Assembly: GCA_963784355.1 (NCBI GenBank)
Contig: CAWAQU010000007.1
Coordinates: forward strand, 125,618-189,617
Source: an uncultured bacterium
GTDB lineage: Bacteria > Patescibacteriota > JACMRA01
Length of the DNA stretch: 64,000 nucleotides
Direction of reading: 5' to 3'
The position numbers and the translations under genes were made by a program. This document shows positions 39,200 through 49,955 of the stretch, one piece after another. The notes beneath the pieces were generated by a model that worked only from the letters and a program-made list of their open reading frames with translations, ran no database searches and was not told the origin of the DNA. The stretch's first letter is position 1, and each line of letters starts with the position of its first letter.

Positions 39200-41374
39200 A
39201 TGCCAAATTCTTCATATCCTGACCAAAATCATATTTTTCCTGAAAATCCTAATACCCAACCACACCAAAATGGTTATAGCCCAGTTTTAGGGGATGAAAA
39301 TAATCTTGAAAATCAAGGTCAACAACTACCTACAAATTCTCAAGCGCCTCACTATCCATCAGGGCAAGGAAACGAAATATACAATCGAGCACCTGTTTAC
39401 ACACCGCCTTTTGCTACAACTAATTCTACTCAAACTCCTAATTCTAATAATACTCAAAATTTTGAGCCACATATTAATTTAAACAACAATCAGTCGCACG
39501 GTTCTACGATGCAAGAACAGGATGTAATGGGCCCGAATCAATATTTTCAAGTGGCAGGTAAGCCAAATCCTGAACAAATGAAGCGCAATGGAAAGCAAGG
39601 TCCTAATAAATTTTTAAATTTTATACTAAATAAATGGTGGCTGGTATTAATTTTAATATTGGGTGTTGCTTTGACAGCAGTGGGATTGTATGGATACACA
39701 CGTAAAAAACCGACTCAAGTTGTAGGCGCATTTGATAAGCTGGAAACTAAAATTGAAGCTCCAAAAAGTTCACCTTCAGGCTCACCAGCTAATTGGAAAA
39801 TTACTCTTAAAAATAGGGAGGATGTATCTCTTACCAATGTAGTTTTGAGTTTAAATTTTGATCGGACTTTTAAATTTTCTCAAGTAATAAATCCTACGCC
39901 CTCAAAACCTGATGGTAGCGAATTCAAAATTGCTAGACTTGATCCGGCCGGAATGGATGGCTCTGAAATAATAATTCAATTTGAAGGGATTTTGACAGGA
40001 AATATTGATGAAGAAACTTTGATTAACGGTAGCGTGAGTTTTATACCTGAGCCTTTGATTGGACAAGAAAATAATAGGCGTGTAGTGCAGGTAGCTGCGG
40101 CAAAAACTAAAATTACTCAACAGCAAGTCAAAATTTCTATTTTACCTACTGAAAATGAAGTACAAAATGGTGGGGAAGCTGAGATTAATATTGTATTTCA
40201 AAACACTTCGGAAAGAGAGATAAAAGATATTAGAATTCGTACGATTTATCCGGATAAAGGTGGATTTAGCTATACAAGTTCTATTTTGCAGACAAGTTCT
40301 GACACTGAGCCGAAAACCAAACCTGATGATGGAAATAATACTTGGTATATAACTACTTTACCTAGGTTGAAGGACCAGACTTTAAAAATTAAAGGAAAGG
40401 TATTTGGACAAGATGGGGTAAATTTGACTTTTGGAGTAAGCCTTGATATTAAAGCAGCAAATAGCGATTATCTTACCTTAGCTCAAACTTCAAGAGATAT
40501 CAAAGTTATATCGCAGCCTTTGGCAATTACAACTAGAATCGAAAACAGGGAATCCGACAAGCTATTTTCACCCGGAGAGACATTGAGCTTTGTAATTGAT
40601 TATAAAAATATGGGAGCGGCTACACTTAGAAATGTGGAGATATTGGCATCTGTAGATGATCCAGCAAATATCATTGACTATAATAGCTTTTCTTATACAG
40701 GCGGTGAACGTGGAAATGTTTCAAATAGAACAGTGCAATGGAGAGGTAATAATATACCGAAACTAGTAAATCTGTCTCCTCAAGATGGAGGCCAACTCCG
40801 ATATACTTTGAGAGTAATAGATGCAGATGCTTTACTTAAATCAGGTTTGCCACAAAATACTTTTGTAGTAACCCCCAAAGTGTCAGCTAGAGCTCAGAAT
40901 TTGCAGCCGGTAGATTTTTCAGGTAGTAGCTATAAAGCCCTAGGTCTTTTGATTTACGAACAAAAAGTGGTCTCAAAAGGCATAGATCCGTTAAATAAAA
41001 ATAAGGAAACTTTCACTGTTACGTTTACTCTAAAAACAAGGCAGACGCAAGTTAATGATATTACAATTAAAACGATTACTCCGCTTAGGACAAACACTTG
41101 GCAACCAGCTAGTATACTACCTGCAAAAGACGCAAGTAAAATTACTTATAATCAAGAAACTGGTGAAATAATTTGGAGGCCTGGAAATGTACCTGGTTAT
41201 GCAGGTCTAAATAATAATCCCGCTGTAAGTATTTCTTTTGATCTTGTTGTAGAGGCCGAACAAAACACGTCTACAAAAGGCGCTACATTATTTAATCCAC
41301 CGCTTATATCTGGAGTTGATGATTTTACCGGCCAAAAGTACGATTTAATTGGACAACAGGGAGTTAGTGCATAG
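39200..41374 (+). CDS. Membrane-anchored protein: disordered N/Q/P-rich N-terminus, TM helix, several DUF11-like Ig domains
   Basis: TM WWLVLILILGVALTAVGLY. Repeated G....I.Y.N.....L.NV.I patterns. GEIIWRPG. Confidence 0.7.
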   Translation: MPNSSYPDQNHIFPENPNTQPHQNGYSPVLGDENNLENQGQQLPTNSQAPHYPSGQGNEIYNRAPVYTPPFATTNSTQTPNSNNTQNFEPHINLNNNQSHGSTMQEQDVMGPNQYFQVAGKPNPEQMKRNGKQGPNKFLNFILNKWWLVLILILGVALTAVGLYGYTRKKPTQVVGAFDKLETKIEAPKSSPSGSPANWKITLKNREDVSLTNVVLSLNFDRTFKFSQVINPTPSKPDGSEFKIARLDPAGMDGSEIIIQFEGILTGNIDEETLINGSVSFIPEPLIGQENNRRVVQVAAAKTKITQQQVKISILPTENEVQNGGEAEINIVFQNTSEREIKDIRIRTIYPDKGGFSYTSSILQTSSDTEPKTKPDDGNNTWYITTLPRLKDQTLKIKGKVFGQDGVNLTFGVSLDIKAANSDYLTLAQTSRDIKVISQPLAITTRIENRESDKLFSPGETLSFVIDYKNMGAATLRNVEILASVDDPANIIDYNSFSYTGGERGNVSNRTVQWRGNNIPKLVNLSPQDGGQLRYTLRVIDADALLKSGLPQNTFVVTPKVSARAQNLQPVDFSGSSYKALGLLIYEQKVVSKGIDPLNKNKETFTVTFTLKTRQTQVNDITIKTITPLRTNTWQPASILPAKDASKITYNQETGEIIWRPGNVPGYAGLNNNPAVSISFDLVVEAEQNTSTKGATLFNPPLISGVDDFTGQKYDLIGQQGVSA

Positions 41375-41483
41375 TGTTTTATCTCCATCTGAAATAGTGC
41401 TGCTAGACATTATTTTGCTTTCAAAGATGTTAAAAAGCTTTACAAAAAGTAATTCCACATTTAAGTTAGGCAAAAGGTAAAAA

Positions 41484-43046
41484 ATGTCGCTAACTACACA
41501 GTTAACCAACTTTATTAAAAATATAGTTCCTAATCTAAAAGTTAGTTTAAATAATATTGACCGCGAAAATTTAGACACTGCAAGCACCCAGCTTTGGTCT
41601 ATACTCGAACCTAAAATACAGTATTTAAGCAAAGAAGATCAAGGAATCATTGAATTAGCTTTTACTCAAATGGTAATGGCTCATGGAGAGTTAAGGCGTA
41701 AAAGTGGAGACTTTTATATTATTCATCCTGTAGCGGCTTGTTTAATTTTGGCTGAGATAGGTTTGGATAAAGATGCACTAGCTGCTTGTCTACTTCACGA
41801 TGTTCCTGAAGATACAGAAGTTAGTTTAAAAGATTTATCTGAAGATTTTAGTCCTGAAGTGGTGTTTTTAGTTGAAGGGGTAACTAAATTAAGCATGATT
41901 AAATATCAGGGCGAGGATAGATATGCAGAAAATTTACGAAGAATGTTTGTAGCTATGAGCAAGGATTTGAGGGTAATTTTCATAAAACTGGCTGATAGAC
42001 TACACAATTTGAAAACCTTAAAACATGTAAAACCTGAAAAGCAAAGAAGAATAGCACTGGAAAGTCTGGAAATCTATGCACCAATTGCTGAGAGGCTCGG
42101 AATGGGCTATTTTAGAGGGGAGATCGAGGATGCAGCTTTTCCTTGTGTATATCCTGAAGAATACAAAAAAATTATCTCAATCTCAGATTTGGAAATTCAA
42201 AAACGAACTAAGCAGGTAAATAGAATTATTAAAAAAGTAGAAAAAATTTTACACCAAGAAAAAACCCCCTATTTGCAAATTTTAGGACGGGCTAAAAAAT
42301 ATTACTCAATCTTTAAAAAAATTAACACTAAGGCCAAAAGTATTGATGAGGTGTATGATTTAGTTGCCCTTAGGATAGTCACGGATACTGTTGATAACTG
42401 CTATCAGATTTTATCAATTTTACATAAAAATTTTGAGCCTATTGAGGGTAGAGTAAAGGACTATATCGCCCAGCCTAAACCCAATGGCTATCGTAGTATT
42501 CACACAGTGGTTTGCGATGCACAGACTAAATTAGGATTTGAGTTTCAGATCCGCACAAAAGAAATGCATGAATATGCCGAATTTGGTGTGGCTGCACACT
42601 GGGCATATAAAGATGCTGAGCAAAAAGTAAAATATGAGCAGTTTTTGGACGAGGAAAATTTGAAATGGATAAGTGAAATGGTTGAGATAGGCAAGCAAAA
42701 ACTGAGCCAGGAAGAATATTTAAATCATTTAAAACTTAATTTATTTCAAGACAGGATTTTTGTTTTAACTCCCAAGCATGATGTAATTGATTTACCAAAA
42801 GATGGAACTGCCCTTGACTTTGCTTTTAAAATACATGAAGAAGTAGGATTACATGCTGCTATGGCAAAAGTAAATGGTGAAATAATCAAGTTTAATCAAC
42901 CTTTGACAAGTGGATCTGTAGTAGAAATTTTAACAGATAAACGAAAAAAGCCTTCAGCAGATTGGCTCAAGTGGGTAAAGACAAGTGGGGCTAAAAAACA
43001 CATCAAAAGCTTCCTAAAAAAACAAGATGCAGAAGAAAAAAAATAA
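41484..43046 (+). CDS. relA: RelA/SpoT (p)ppGpp synthetase/hydrolase (HD, SYNTH and TGS domains; no ACT)
   Basis: RKSGDFYIIHP, LLHDVPED, KLADRLHN, KPNGYRSIH, EFQIRT, DFAFKIH. Confidence 0.92.
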   Translation: MSLTTQLTNFIKNIVPNLKVSLNNIDRENLDTASTQLWSILEPKIQYLSKEDQGIIELAFTQMVMAHGELRRKSGDFYIIHPVAACLILAEIGLDKDALAACLLHDVPEDTEVSLKDLSEDFSPEVVFLVEGVTKLSMIKYQGEDRYAENLRRMFVAMSKDLRVIFIKLADRLHNLKTLKHVKPEKQRRIALESLEIYAPIAERLGMGYFRGEIEDAAFPCVYPEEYKKIISISDLEIQKRTKQVNRIIKKVEKILHQEKTPYLQILGRAKKYYSIFKKINTKAKSIDEVYDLVALRIVTDTVDNCYQILSILHKNFEPIEGRVKDYIAQPKPNGYRSIHTVVCDAQTKLGFEFQIRTKEMHEYAEFGVAAHWAYKDAEQKVKYEQFLDEENLKWISEMVEIGKQKLSQEEYLNHLKLNLFQDRIFVLTPKHDVIDLPKDGTALDFAFKIHEEVGLHAAMAKVNGEIIKFNQPLTSGSVVEILTDKRKKPSADWLKWVKTSGAKKHIKSFLKKQDAEEKK

Positions 43047-43049
43047 CTT

Positions 43050-43826
43050 ATGGGTAATAACTATACGATAAATTTTGAGGGTATAAATCTTTTGTGTAGA
43101 GAGTATGGTGATTTTAATGCACCAAAAAAAATATTGATTTTACATGGTTGGACTAGTACAGGAGCAACTTCCTGGGAAAATTTTATAAATAGCAAGTTTC
43201 AAAATGATATTGAAAAGGGAAATGTTTATATTTTGGTACCTGATATGCCGGGATTTGGACAAAGTAGTGCTCCTGGAGAGGTTTGGAATGCGGAAAAATA
43301 TGCTGATTTTATGGCAGGATTTATAAAACAAAAATTCGTTGTTGGAGAACTAATTACACTTTTAGGCCACTCTTTTGGTGGGGCAGTAGCTTCTATAATT
43401 AGTGCTAAGTATTCTGAACTTATAAATAAATTAGTTTTGGCAGCTCCCGCAATAGTTCGCCCTGAGATAAATGAAAGGCAAAAGCTGACCACTGAAATCA
43501 CTAAATACGGAAAAAAAGTTGTAAAGGGTGAGTTTGTTAAAAAAGTGTGGTATAAATTGATCGGATCCCCTGATTATGGCCTAACAAATGGAATAATGAA
43601 AGAAATCATGCAGACGGTGATTAGGCAGGATTTGCAGTATGTTTTACCTGAAATTAAGCAAAACACAACGATTTTGTGGGGGACGGAAGACACTTATACG
43701 CCTTATTATCAAGCTGAAATAGTAAATCAAGGTATAAAAAACTCAAAGTTGATTACTTTAAATGGGGTTAATCACGGAATTCATCTATATGCTCAGGGGG
43801 ATTTGTATCGGGTTTTGATGAGTTAA
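43050..43826 (+). CDS. Alpha/beta fold hydrolase
   Basis: LHGW, DMPGFG, GHSFGG, WGTED and the catalytic His. Confidence 0.9.
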   Translation: MGNNYTINFEGINLLCREYGDFNAPKKILILHGWTSTGATSWENFINSKFQNDIEKGNVYILVPDMPGFGQSSAPGEVWNAEKYADFMAGFIKQKFVVGELITLLGHSFGGAVASIISAKYSELINKLVLAAPAIVRPEINERQKLTTEITKYGKKVVKGEFVKKVWYKLIGSPDYGLTNGIMKEIMQTVIRQDLQYVLPEIKQNTTILWGTEDTYTPYYQAEIVNQGIKNSKLITLNGVNHGIHLYAQGDLYRVLMS

Positions 43827-45006
43827 TTTTTACATTACCACCAAGATTCATTCTATACTTGACCACTTTTGTGAGGAAATCTTCATTGAAAATAGGTAAA
43901 AGGTATTTATAGACGCTCTCAGCCGTACGTATTTGAGTGTTTAGATGAGAAAATGCTAAGTTTGTAATAGTGTAATTAGAGGCACCTTCGTTTAATTTAA
44001 ATTCATTTAGAAAGTAATATATTTTTTCGATAACAAATAAAAATTTAATGTGGTCCCCAGATTCAATATCTAAACTACTATTTTGATGAATTGTAATTAG
44101 TGTGTTTATCAAATGTTTTGCTGTTTGTGAGTTGTATATTTGCTTGCAATCGTAAATAAATGATGTCCATAATTTGCTATTGGTATTTAATGCAACTAAA
44201 CAATATTGTTTTAAGAGATCTGAAGAAAATAATTTCAGTAATGGACACTGACTTCGCTCTAGATAATTATCAATCTCATCTTTAGGAAACAAATTTATAT
44301 CACTAGCCCAAAGTTTATATCTCAATATATCGTTCTCCTCTTTATATTTTAGTAATTTACCCTCAAGGAATGTGTTTTCTCTAATTTTATGACTTATTTT
44401 TGTTTCCAGCGCATTATAACGAACTTTTGATTCTGCACATTCTTTGTCTTTATGATAGATTTCTGATTCCAACTCGAGTGTTCTTTCATGTAATGCTTCA
44501 TTAGTCTCAAGCAATATATTAACTCTGTTTTCAAATAATTCTTTTTCTCTAGATGATTGATATTTTATTAATATAGTATCTTTATATAATTTCTCTCTTA
44601 AATCACCACTTTCTTTGATAATTGCGTAATAGTGTTTGATAAGTTTTTTGAGCTCCTCGATTTCTATTTTTAAATTCTGAAACTCTGAAGACTTATTCAT
44701 AATCTCAGCCTTTAAACTAGAATTTTCATTTGTTAGAACATTGTTTGTATGATTTTTTAATCTAATAATCCCGGAAAAATTTTCAATAATTTTTTTAAGT
44801 TCTTTGATTTCCTCTTTTAATTTATAATATTCTGCAGCTTGTATGTTTCCTTGTGATTCACGTACTCTTTTCTCTCTTGCGCTTTCTTTAAAATCGGGCC
44901 TACTTGCTTTTTTTTCTGCTAGTATTTCAGCTGCTGTTTTATAATTCTCCAGCTCTTCTGGAGTAAGCAAACGAGGCTTTTGTTTTTCATCCATATCTTT
45001 TTGCAT
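43768..45006 (-). CDS. Hypothetical coiled-coil protein
   Basis: 412-aa ORF with E/K/L heptad-rich N-terminal half. Confidence 0.7.
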   Translation of the reverse strand: MQKDMDEKQKPRLLTPEELENYKTAAEILAEKKASRPDFKESAREKRVRESQGNIQAAEYYKLKEEIKELKKIIENFSGIIRLKNHTNNVLTNENSSLKAEIMNKSSEFQNLKIEIEELKKLIKHYYAIIKESGDLREKLYKDTILIKYQSSREKELFENRVNILLETNEALHERTLELESEIYHKDKECAESKVRYNALETKISHKIRENTFLEGKLLKYKEENDILRYKLWASDINLFPKDEIDNYLERSQCPLLKLFSSDLLKQYCLVALNTNSKLWTSFIYDCKQIYNSQTAKHLINTLITIHQNSSLDIESGDHIKFLFVIEKIYYFLNEFKLNEGASNYTITNLAFSHLNTQIRTAESVYKYLLPIFNEDFLTKVVKYRMNLGGNVKINSSKPDTNPPEHIDEFRD

Positions 45007-45057
45007 TAAATAAGTTAAAGAGGATTAAAGCACAAAATTACTTTCTAGGCAATAAAC

Positions 45058-46002
45058 TTATTTCTTCACTTTTTCATGCTTTAGCAAACCTAATTGCTCA
45101 ATGCTTAGTAAGGCCTGCATTATGTTGTTTTTAGTTTTTTGATTAGGTAGAGTTGATTTATTCTCTTTGATTGAGTCTATAGTAGCTTGAACAAAGCCAG
45201 GTAAGCTAATATTTGGATCAATCTTTGAATAATTTGAAATATTTAATAATTTGATAAAATCTCTAGGCTCAATACTCGGATTGTAAGGTGTAAGTTTATT
45301 ATATTCTTTACATAACTGATCAATAAAGTTTATTGTGGGGATATTGCACTTTAAAACATTGTTGTGATAATTAAAACCTTCTTCTATTAAACTTTCATGT
45401 CTTTGTAAATAGTTAATAAGATGGCTGATTTTCTCATCTGCAATAATTTTGGGTATGGTAAACAGTTCATGCTTGGCAACTTCATCTAATAAATCTGTTG
45501 AACCTAATAAAATGATAACTTTTTTCCAAACTTCAGTATTTCTGTTGTAAGATTTAATATTATCAGTTTTTTCTATTAAATCAAAAATTTCTCCTAAGTA
45601 TTTTGTGACTGAGTTGTAATTTTCAGATTTGGCTAATTGTCTTACTAGCCCATTTAAGTGACTACGAATAGATTTCAACTCATATCCAGTAGATTTTACC
45701 AAAGTTTCCACGAGACTTCTTATAAAATAGTTAATAGGAGTCAAATCAGTAATAGCATTTATATTTTTAGTTTGTGCAACTCTAAGCCAAAAATTATCTA
45801 CTGTTAGCTTGTTTTCTCCTGAATGGTCAATTAAAAGAAGCTCAGAATTGGAATCTAATTCTATAGTATGATTTTGAATTTGATCTAAATGACGTTGTTC
45901 TAAAGTAGCATCAGCAGCTATTTCGAATATATTATCCAACCCAGAACTGATATCAATAAGATCTTTGTTTATAATTTTTTTTGATTTGATTTCCTCTTTC
46001 AT
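45058..46002 (-). CDS. Hypothetical protein
   Basis: 314-aa ORF with no recognisable motif. Confidence 0.7.
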   Translation of the reverse strand: MKEEIKSKKIINKDLIDISSGLDNIFEIAADATLEQRHLDQIQNHTIELDSNSELLLIDHSGENKLTVDNFWLRVAQTKNINAITDLTPINYFIRSLVETLVKSTGYELKSIRSHLNGLVRQLAKSENYNSVTKYLGEIFDLIEKTDNIKSYNRNTEVWKKVIILLGSTDLLDEVAKHELFTIPKIIADEKISHLINYLQRHESLIEEGFNYHNNVLKCNIPTINFIDQLCKEYNKLTPYNPSIEPRDFIKLLNISNYSKIDPNISLPGFVQATIDSIKENKSTLPNQKTKNNIMQALLSIEQLGLLKHEKVKK

Positions 46003-46123
46003 AATTATTTGCTGATCTAATTAAAGTAAAGTTAGCTAAGCATAAAAATAAGTTTTAAGCAATAATTGATTAACTTCTTTTAAAATTGACCAGAATACAG
46101 GATTTGATTATGGTTTAATTGGT

Positions 46124-48565
46124 ATGCAGCAGAATTTTACTGAGACTTTTACTGGAATTGTAAAAAGAGTGACTTTTCATAGTGTTGAGTCCGGTTGGAG
46201 TGTGCTTAAAGTAGTTAAATCTGAAAATGATCCTGATGAAGTTGCTGTAACCGTCCACCAATCCAAGGTTTTTGCTGGAGCCACCATGAAATTTACCGGT
46301 ACTTGGAGTAACCATCCAAAATTTGGTTTGCAATTTAAAGCCGAAAAAGCCGAAGAGCTTCAACCTGCTTCCGCTGGTGCTATTGAAAAATACTTAGGCT
46401 CGGGGCTTATTAAAGGTGTGGGACCTGCTACAGCCAAAAAAATTGTAGAGCATTTCAAAGAACAAACTCTAGAGGTTTTTGATAAAGAGATTGATAGACT
46501 AACAGAAGTCCCAGGAATTGCTAAAAATAAGCTAAAAATGATAGTTAAGGCTTGGGATGAGCATAAAGACATAAAGGATGTGATGATTTTTTTACAATCT
46601 CACGAAATAAGCACTTTATTTGCAGTAAAAATTTATAAAAGTTATGGTAAGGATTCGATCAAAATAGTATCGGAAAATCCATACAAATTAGCTCAGGATA
46701 TTTATGGAATAGGTTTTTTCTCAGCTGACAAGGTGGCGCTTAGCTTGGGTTTTGAAGAATCTTCAGACAAACGTATCAATGCAGCAATCAGACAAGTGTT
46801 AGCAGCCAGCCGCGAAGAAGGACACTGTTATTTGACAATTGATCAGATTATTAAAGGAGTAAATGAACTTTTAAGTAATGATTTAACATCCAAAATTGAG
46901 CCATTATTGCTTGAACTAGAAAAACAAAATGAGTTTAAAACTAGACTGCTCACTGAAGAAAATACCACAACTAAATGCTACTATGCTAATTCAGTATATT
47001 TTGATGAAAGCTACATAGCTAAAAGAATGAGGCAAATGATAAGCCAAAAAATTCCACTCCAAACCGATAAATTAGAAGATTGGGTATCAAAATATTGTGA
47101 GCTTAAGAAAATCAGCCTTAGTGATGAGCAGGCTAGTGCTGTGATAAGTGTGGTCCAAGAAAGATTTAGTATCCTAACAGGGGGTCCTGGATGCGGCAAG
47201 ACTACTACCACAAAAGTAATTGTAAAACTACTCCAAGCTCTTAAAAAACACGTTTTACTTGCGGCTCCTACAGGTAGAGCGAGTCAGAGGATGACTGAGG
47301 TAATTGGATTACAAGCTACTACAATACACAGGCTTTTAAAGTGGCAACCAGACAAAGGTGGTTTTGAAAAAAATGAACTAGATACTCTCGAAACAGATTT
47401 TTTAATAATTGATGAAACTTCTATGCTAGATGTGCACTTGGCCGCGGCACTTCTGAGAGCAGTAAATCCGAAAACTCAGGTGCTATTTATTGGAGATAGT
47501 GATCAATTGCCATCGGTTGGTGCCGGAAATATTTTAAAAGATTTGATTAATTCAGAAAAAATAAGGGTATTTGCTCTCACCAAAGTGTTTCGCCAAGCCC
47601 AAGAATCTTTGATTATTAGATACGCTCACCAAATCAACAAAGGTCAGCTGCCGGAAATTGATACCCCTTTTAAAAATCCCGAACTTTGGAAAAATAAGCA
47701 AGATTGTATGTTTATTGATTCTGAGGAAGCTACTCAAGATCAGGTTAAATTTATCAACAAAGTACATTACTTAGCTGAGAAGAGGGCTACTTACAACGTA
47801 GGCACGGAAAACTTAGATAAAGAAATTGAAATCACTGATAAATTTAAACATGTTGATATTGATAGACTGATTTTGGCTGAAAATAGAGCAGAAGAGCTAA
47901 AAGAGGTGGTGAAAAAAGTCCATCCTTGGTCTTCTCTAAATTATGGTTTAAGTGCAACTGATTTAATTACTAAAATTTATAAGGAAAGTATACCCAAATA
48001 TTTTGGTAGGGCTACGGAAATCCAAATTTTGACGCCTATGACTAAAGGTACGCTTGGGACAGTTAATCTCAATAAAATTATTCAAAAAGCTATAAATCCC
48101 ACTAGATTCGGAGTTGCTGAATTGCAATTGGGTGAAAGAATATTTAGAGTCGGAGATCGAGTTATTCAAAAGAAAAATAATTATGATCTAGAAGTTTTTA
48201 ATGGTGATATCGGTAAAATTAGCCAAATTGACAATGAGGAAATGCTTTTGACCGTAGAATATAGTACTGGAGATGAGATTAGGGAAGTGGTTTATGAAAG
48301 AGAAAGTTTGGCTGAAATTGATTTGGCCTATGCAATCACGATTCATAAATCTCAAGGTAGTGAATTTGGTGCTGTGATAATTCCTGTTACCATGCAACAC
48401 TTCAACATGCTATTTAGAAATTTGATTTACACTGGTTTAACTAGGGCTAAAAAGCTGGCCGTTTTTATCGGTAGTCGCAAGGCTCTGGCTATGAGTATAA
48501 GTAATACCAATTCTGCCAAAAGACAAACAACATTAGAGTGGCTACTTAGAAACGAGGAGAAATAG
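46124..48565 (+). CDS. recD2: ATP-dependent RecD-like helicase RecD2
   Basis: HhH region YLGSGLIKGVG, TGGPGCGKTT, IDETSM, GDSDQLPSVG, AITIHKSQGSEF, YTGLTRAK. Confidence 0.95.
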   Translation: MQQNFTETFTGIVKRVTFHSVESGWSVLKVVKSENDPDEVAVTVHQSKVFAGATMKFTGTWSNHPKFGLQFKAEKAEELQPASAGAIEKYLGSGLIKGVGPATAKKIVEHFKEQTLEVFDKEIDRLTEVPGIAKNKLKMIVKAWDEHKDIKDVMIFLQSHEISTLFAVKIYKSYGKDSIKIVSENPYKLAQDIYGIGFFSADKVALSLGFEESSDKRINAAIRQVLAASREEGHCYLTIDQIIKGVNELLSNDLTSKIEPLLLELEKQNEFKTRLLTEENTTTKCYYANSVYFDESYIAKRMRQMISQKIPLQTDKLEDWVSKYCELKKISLSDEQASAVISVVQERFSILTGGPGCGKTTTTKVIVKLLQALKKHVLLAAPTGRASQRMTEVIGLQATTIHRLLKWQPDKGGFEKNELDTLETDFLIIDETSMLDVHLAAALLRAVNPKTQVLFIGDSDQLPSVGAGNILKDLINSEKIRVFALTKVFRQAQESLIIRYAHQINKGQLPEIDTPFKNPELWKNKQDCMFIDSEEATQDQVKFINKVHYLAEKRATYNVGTENLDKEIEITDKFKHVDIDRLILAENRAEELKEVVKKVHPWSSLNYGLSATDLITKIYKESIPKYFGRATEIQILTPMTKGTLGTVNLNKIIQKAINPTRFGVAELQLGERIFRVGDRVIQKKNNYDLEVFNGDIGKISQIDNEEMLLTVEYSTGDEIREVVYERESLAEIDLAYAITIHKSQGSEFGAVIIPVTMQHFNMLFRNLIYTGLTRAKKLAVFIGSRKALAMSISNTNSAKRQTTLEWLLRNEEK

Positions 48566-48661
48566 TTAAAAGCAGAGCTAATCTTTAATCATAGCACATA
48601 ATCTACATTTAGGCAATCCCATTGACTTTGGAATTATATTTTTTAGCTCAAACTAAAACTA

Positions 48662-49954
48662 CTAATATCTAACCCATTTCCAGATTTGAGATAAATTTGC
48701 TTTTTTGCCGTAAGTAAGAATGCCGTTTTTGTAAATTTTTGCAGCAATCCAAACACTGCCTATAAAACCCGATGCCAGTAGTATCACAGATAAAATTAGT
48801 TGCCACCAAGGTACTCCAAAAGGAATACGTGCAAGCATAACAATTGGGCTTGTAAATGGGAAAAGTGAGAAGAAAACAGACAAGCCGCCGTTGGGATCTG
48901 AGATTATTTGATTCATAAAAACCATGGCAATAACTATGGGTCCAGATATTATCCAGGCTAGTCCTGAATTGTTAGCTTGTTGAGTATTTTCAGCCGACGC
49001 ACCAATTGCCGCAAACCAAGCTGCATACAATAAATAACCAAGTATAAAATATACAATAAACATGACCAAAAGTAATGGCAGATTTAAATCCGTAATAATT
49101 TGCATTATACTGTTTAAATCTTGACTAGAAACACCTTGACTAGTGTTCAAATTCAAGTTTTGAGTTGGCTGATTAATTTGATTACTGAAAAACAAAAACC
49201 CTAAAATATTTATCCCAAAAAACAAAATTATCCACATACCGAGCTGAATCAATCCCACTAAAGCTAAACCCAGAATTTTACCCATAATTAATTCAAATAC
49301 CTTCACACTTGATAACAAAACTTCAGAAATACGACTACTTTTTTCCTCAAGTACTCCTATGGTTATCATAGTGCCAAAAATGAAAATCGTGATATAAAGT
49401 GCAAATGCGATTCCCATGGATATTCCTAAAACTATAGAAGCGTTTCCCTGTTTTTCTCTACCTTCGGAAAACAACACATTTTTAAGAGGAATATTTTTAT
49501 TGATTTTATCTAAATCTGATCTACTTACCTGTAATTGATCTAATTGGTAGCTTTTATAGCTGATATTTAAACTATTTTCTATATAGTTAGTTGTCTGAGG
49601 TTCTAGTGTTGTGTCAGAGTAAATTAGTGCTTCATTCAAGTTATTCAGACTTTGATCAGGTATATACAGTATTGCTTTATATCCTTTATTGGTAAAATTT
49701 TGTTTTAAATCTTCAATATTATTTTCTTTTGTAAATTCATATCGGTCTTGATTTTTTAAGCTATTATAAATTTGTCCGGAATTATCCACTACAGCAATTT
49801 TATCAGTTTTATTTTGATCAAGCATGTTGAGTAGGATCGGAGCAACAATTAGCATAACTGTAATAAGCGGAAGTCCTAAAGTAGCTATCCAAAACCAGAT
49901 ATTGCTTAGTTTAACTTTGATTTCTCTAGAGGCAATTAGTAATATTTTAGACAT
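48662..49954 (-). CDS. ABC-2 type exporter permease (NatB/YhaP-like)
   Basis: EEKSSRISEVLLSS, GKILG, PFTSPIVM, multiple TM segments. Confidence 0.9.
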   Translation of the reverse strand: MSKILLIASREIKVKLSNIWFWIATLGLPLITVMLIVAPILLNMLDQNKTDKIAVVDNSGQIYNSLKNQDRYEFTKENNIEDLKQNFTNKGYKAILYIPDQSLNNLNEALIYSDTTLEPQTTNYIENSLNISYKSYQLDQLQVSRSDLDKINKNIPLKNVLFSEGREKQGNASIVLGISMGIAFALYITIFIFGTMITIGVLEEKSSRISEVLLSSVKVFELIMGKILGLALVGLIQLGMWIILFFGINILGFLFFSNQINQPTQNLNLNTSQGVSSQDLNSIMQIITDLNLPLLLVMFIVYFILGYLLYAAWFAAIGASAENTQQANNSGLAWIISGPIVIAMVFMNQIISDPNGGLSVFFSLFPFTSPIVMLARIPFGVPWWQLILSVILLASGFIGSVWIAAKIYKNGILTYGKKANLSQIWKWVRY

Positions 49955-49955
49955 A

